In this document: positions 61,412 to 64,000 of the stretch, in pieces
Layout: each line of letters opens with the position of its first letter
Position numbering within the stretch: the first letter of the stretch is position 1
Assembly (NCBI GenBank): GCA_934122085.1
Contig: CAKOVS010000003.1
Location: 17,734 to 81,733 of the forward strand
DNA: 64,000 bases
Direction of reading: 5' to 3'
Origin: an uncultured Clostridia bacterium
GTDB lineage: Bacteria; Bacillota; Clostridia; TANB77; CAG-508
The notes under the pieces: generated by a model
Told to the model about the DNA's origin: nothing
Databases searched by the model: none
What the model saw: the letters and a program-made list of their open reading frames with translations, nothing else
Made by a program: the position numbers and the translations under genes

Positions 61412-62701
61412 TTATTTTATTCCTTTTAAGAATTCATCTATTTGTTCTTTATTTGGTTGTACTATGATTTGCTCTTTTTTATATATAGTAGAGACTAAAG
61501 CATCTCCTTTTATTCTTTTTCCATCTACCTTTATGTTTGACATTTTCATAGCTTCAACATTCCCATCAATATTGTTTAATAGGTATATTGCATCTTGCTT
61601 AAATAATTTTTGATTTTCTTCATTTAAACAATCAAAAATTTCTGGTAAATTAGTAGTAAATAAAATTTGCGTTGCATTATTATCTAATTGCACAAATAAT
61701 CTTAATACTAAAAATATTAATTCTTTATGCATATTTAGCTCTATTTCATCAATTAATAAATTTCCATTTTTGTTTATTACATCTATTGCATTTAAAACCA
61801 AATTTAGGAACCTTTTTGTTCCAGTTGATAGGCTTTCTCTGGTTATACTTCCACCTGTTTTTAATTCATATATTAATTCTTCATTATCATTATCTGGTTT
61901 CATTTTAATACACTTTATTTTTGGATCAATTATTTTTACTATTGCTTCCATCAATTTTGAATTTTTTTTGTAAAATTTTATAAAGCTCATGTCTTCAATA
62001 AAATCTGGTATATCAATTCCTATAATATCAGAATTTTTAATATAATGTTTAAAAAATGTATTTATGTATTTGTATTTATATTCTAGAGATTCCTTATTTA
62101 TCATTTCTAAATCTAACATATTATCATGATATCTATTAATATAATATAATTGACATTCTGTTGTATTTTTTAAATCAAGAATATAGTCTTTTTCGTCATT
62201 GTAATTTTTTCTATATGAAAATTCTTCTTTAACGATTTTTCTATTTTTCCCATTCAATTGTAAAATGTAATTATAGTATCCCGTTAGCATTTCATCTTCT
62301 ATATACATTTCCACTTCAAGATATGTATCTTCTTCTGGCTTACTCACATTTTGAACCTCTATAACAACACTATTATTGATTTTTTCTATCATTTGGTTTA
62401 TTTGATCTTTATCATATTCCATATTTTTAATAAGATTTCTTATTTTTTTTCTTTCTTCTTTATAATCTAGAGTCATAATAGGTTCAAGCATTAAACTACC
62501 AAGTGTACCTAAAGCGTCAATAACTGTTGTTTTTCCACTTGCATTTCCTGCTAATATGCCAACAAGTTTGTTAATATAAATTCCATCATGCGTTTTATAT
62601 AAAGATATTTGTTCATCCTTTTTTCTACTTTTAGCTATAAAATCAAATTGTATCCTATTTAAAATACCTTCAAAATTTTCAATACATACTTTAGTAAACA
62701 T
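61412..62701 (-). CDS. ABC-type (AAA_21/AAA_15-like) ATPase of the kind found in abortive-infection/OLD/PARIS-type systems
   Basis: Walker A GNASGKTT, signature-like LSTGTKRFL, Walker B LLIDEIELNMH. Confidence 0.6.
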   Translation of the reverse strand: MFTKVCIENFEGILNRIQFDFIAKSRKKDEQISLYKTHDGIYINKLVGILAGNASGKTTVIDALGTLGSLMLEPIMTLDYKEERKKIRNLIKNMEYDKDQINQMIEKINNSVVIEVQNVSKPEEDTYLEVEMYIEDEMLTGYYNYILQLNGKNRKIVKEEFSYRKNYNDEKDYILDLKNTTECQLYYINRYHDNMLDLEMINKESLEYKYKYINTFFKHYIKNSDIIGIDIPDFIEDMSFIKFYKKNSKLMEAIVKIIDPKIKCIKMKPDNDNEELIYELKTGGSITRESLSTGTKRFLNLVLNAIDVINKNGNLLIDEIELNMHKELIFLVLRLFVQLDNNATQILFTTNLPEIFDCLNEENQKLFKQDAIYLLNNIDGNVEAMKMSNIKVDGKRIKGDALVSTIYKKEQIIVQPNKEQIDEFLKGIK

Positions 62702-62949
62702 TTGCTTACCTCCTGTGATGTATTATAATTTATTTTCTTGTTTTTGTCAATAGTTTATGCCTTATTTAGGCACAATTATTTATTTTTAGACATAATAATG
62801 CCTATCGTAGCTTGTTTATTCTTGTATTTATGCCTTTTTTAAGATTAACGGCTGGCTTTTGTTATCATTTTTTGTATAATTTATATTGTTAACAGATATA
62901 TTATTCTTCCTCCCACCCATAGGTATGCCTGAAAGGATGTGAAAAAGGT

Positions 62950-63974
62950 ATGTACATTGAAGGAAAATCTCTTAAATTTGAAGACTTTGTAGAAATATGG
63001 AAAAGAGATTATGGCGAAAAAGAATTAGCACCTTCAACATACAAAAGATATATTGGAATACTAGAAACTAGAATTATACCTTTCTTTAAGCATTTTCATG
63101 TTGATAAAATAAAACCAACAGATATAATGCAGTTCTACGACTTATTAAGTAAAGATACTCAAATAGTAAGAAGAAAAGACAACAATGGTAAAAAACAGGT
63201 AAACCACTTTCATCAAAAAATATTGTTGAACATCACAGACTTCTTCGTGCTATGTTACAAAAAGCAGTGTATTGGCAACTAATACTTTCAAATCCTGCAG
63301 AACGTGTTCAAGCACCTAAAACTAAAAAGCCTAAAAGAAAATACTATGATGATGAACAAAGTAAAATATTAGTTTCAAATTTAATGGATCTTTCTCAAGA
63401 ACAAATTAAATATAAAACTGCAATCATCTTAACAGTATTTACTGGAGTTAGACTTGGAGAGCTTATGGGATTAGAATGGAACGATATTAATTTCAATGAT
63501 GGAATTGTAAGCATTAATCGTTCTAGTCAGTATTTGGCAGACAAAGGTGTATTTACCAAAACACCTAAGACAGAAAGTTCTATTAGAGAAGTCGGAATAC
63601 CAGATTTCGTTGTTTCATTACTTGAAGAATATAAATCATGGTATGATGAACAAAAAGAGTTATATGGCGAATTATGGACTGATTCTAATAGGTTATTTGT
63701 ACAAGCAGATGGTAAGCCAATGCATCCTTCTACTATTAGTAAATGGTTTGTAAAATTTGTAGAACAAATAGGACTACCTGTAATTAACTTCCATGGGTTA
63801 AGGCACACAAATGCGACCTTACTCATAGCACAAAATATTGATGTTCCAATTGTAGCAGCAAGACTTGGACATGCACAGATTACAACAACGCTTAATTTTT
63901 ATGTGCATCCTATTATTGCACATAATAAAAAAGCAAGTTATGTTTTAGAAAACTTGCTACTACCAAGAAATTAG
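62950..63974 (+). pseudogene. Tyrosine recombinase/integrase interrupted by a frameshift in an A6 tract
   Basis: Two overlapping ORFs (62950..63282, 63252..63974). Adding one A at 63196-63201 gives a continuous integrase (...DNNGKKTGKPLSSKNIVEHHRLLRAMLQKAVYWQLI...); C-terminus HGLRHT...LGHAQITTTLNFYVH catalytic R/H/Y. Confidence 0.7.
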
Positions 63975-64000
63975 TTAAAAACTTTTTTCACTAAAGTCAT

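Noticed and set aside
1-64000. tRNA/rRNA genes (e.g. as the integrase att site)
   Set aside because: No GGTTCGAATCC-type T-loop or cloverleaf candidates noticed; the integrase faces the window edge, so any att/tRNA is probably outside.

Overview
AT-rich, low-GC Firmicutes (Clostridia-like) chromosomal segment; all calls below rest on reading the sequence and motifs by eye, with no database searches run. Left third (1-23.7 kb) is core and accessory chromosome: a partial gene for a large secreted thioester-domain adhesin, then a minus-strand cell-shape cluster (radC-mreB-mreC-mreD-PBP2-minC, with no minD/minE following). It continues with a MecA-like gene, an M23 peptidase, CotF-like small genes and mnmA. 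Next is a suf Fe-S cluster operon (DtxR-family regulator-sufC-sufB-sufD-sufS-sufU) with an unannotated 59-codon membrane ORF embedded antisense in it. It ends with an orphan membrane histidine kinase and a Spo0A-C-domain paralog response regulator, separated by a 16-codon Trp-rich sORF, and a dGTPase-like HD protein. Middle (23.8-33.8 kb) is a complete type I-B CRISPR-Cas locus: cas6-cas8b-cas7-cas5-cas3-cas4-cas1-cas2 on the minus strand, plus a 24-repeat/23-spacer array with its leader next to cas2. 34-41 kb carries accessory enzymes: a Nudix-methyltransferase fusion, a Nudix hydrolase, a choloylglycine-hydrolase-family Ntn hydrolase, a histidine phosphatase, a multi-HTH protein, def and a CYTH protein. 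The right third (41-64 kb) looks like an integrative mobile element (frameshifted tyrosine integrase at the right edge, phage-type replication module, iteron-like repeats) loaded with defence-type cargo. The cargo comprises an orphan DNA MTase next to a GHKL-ATPase/histidine-kinase fusion with a 610-aa partner, and an IS3-family insertion. It also holds an R-M-like block (C-protein, two Dam-like MTases, two paralogous HNH nucleases, a MORC-like GHKL ATPase with a C-terminal nuclease-like domain). Finally there is a Pol-beta nucleotidyltransferase + PD-(D/E)xK nuclease pair and an ABC-type ATPase. The most likely undescribed biology is in the 42.6-62.7 kb defence island and in the kinase / Trp-peptide / Spo0A-like module at 19.4-22.3 kb.
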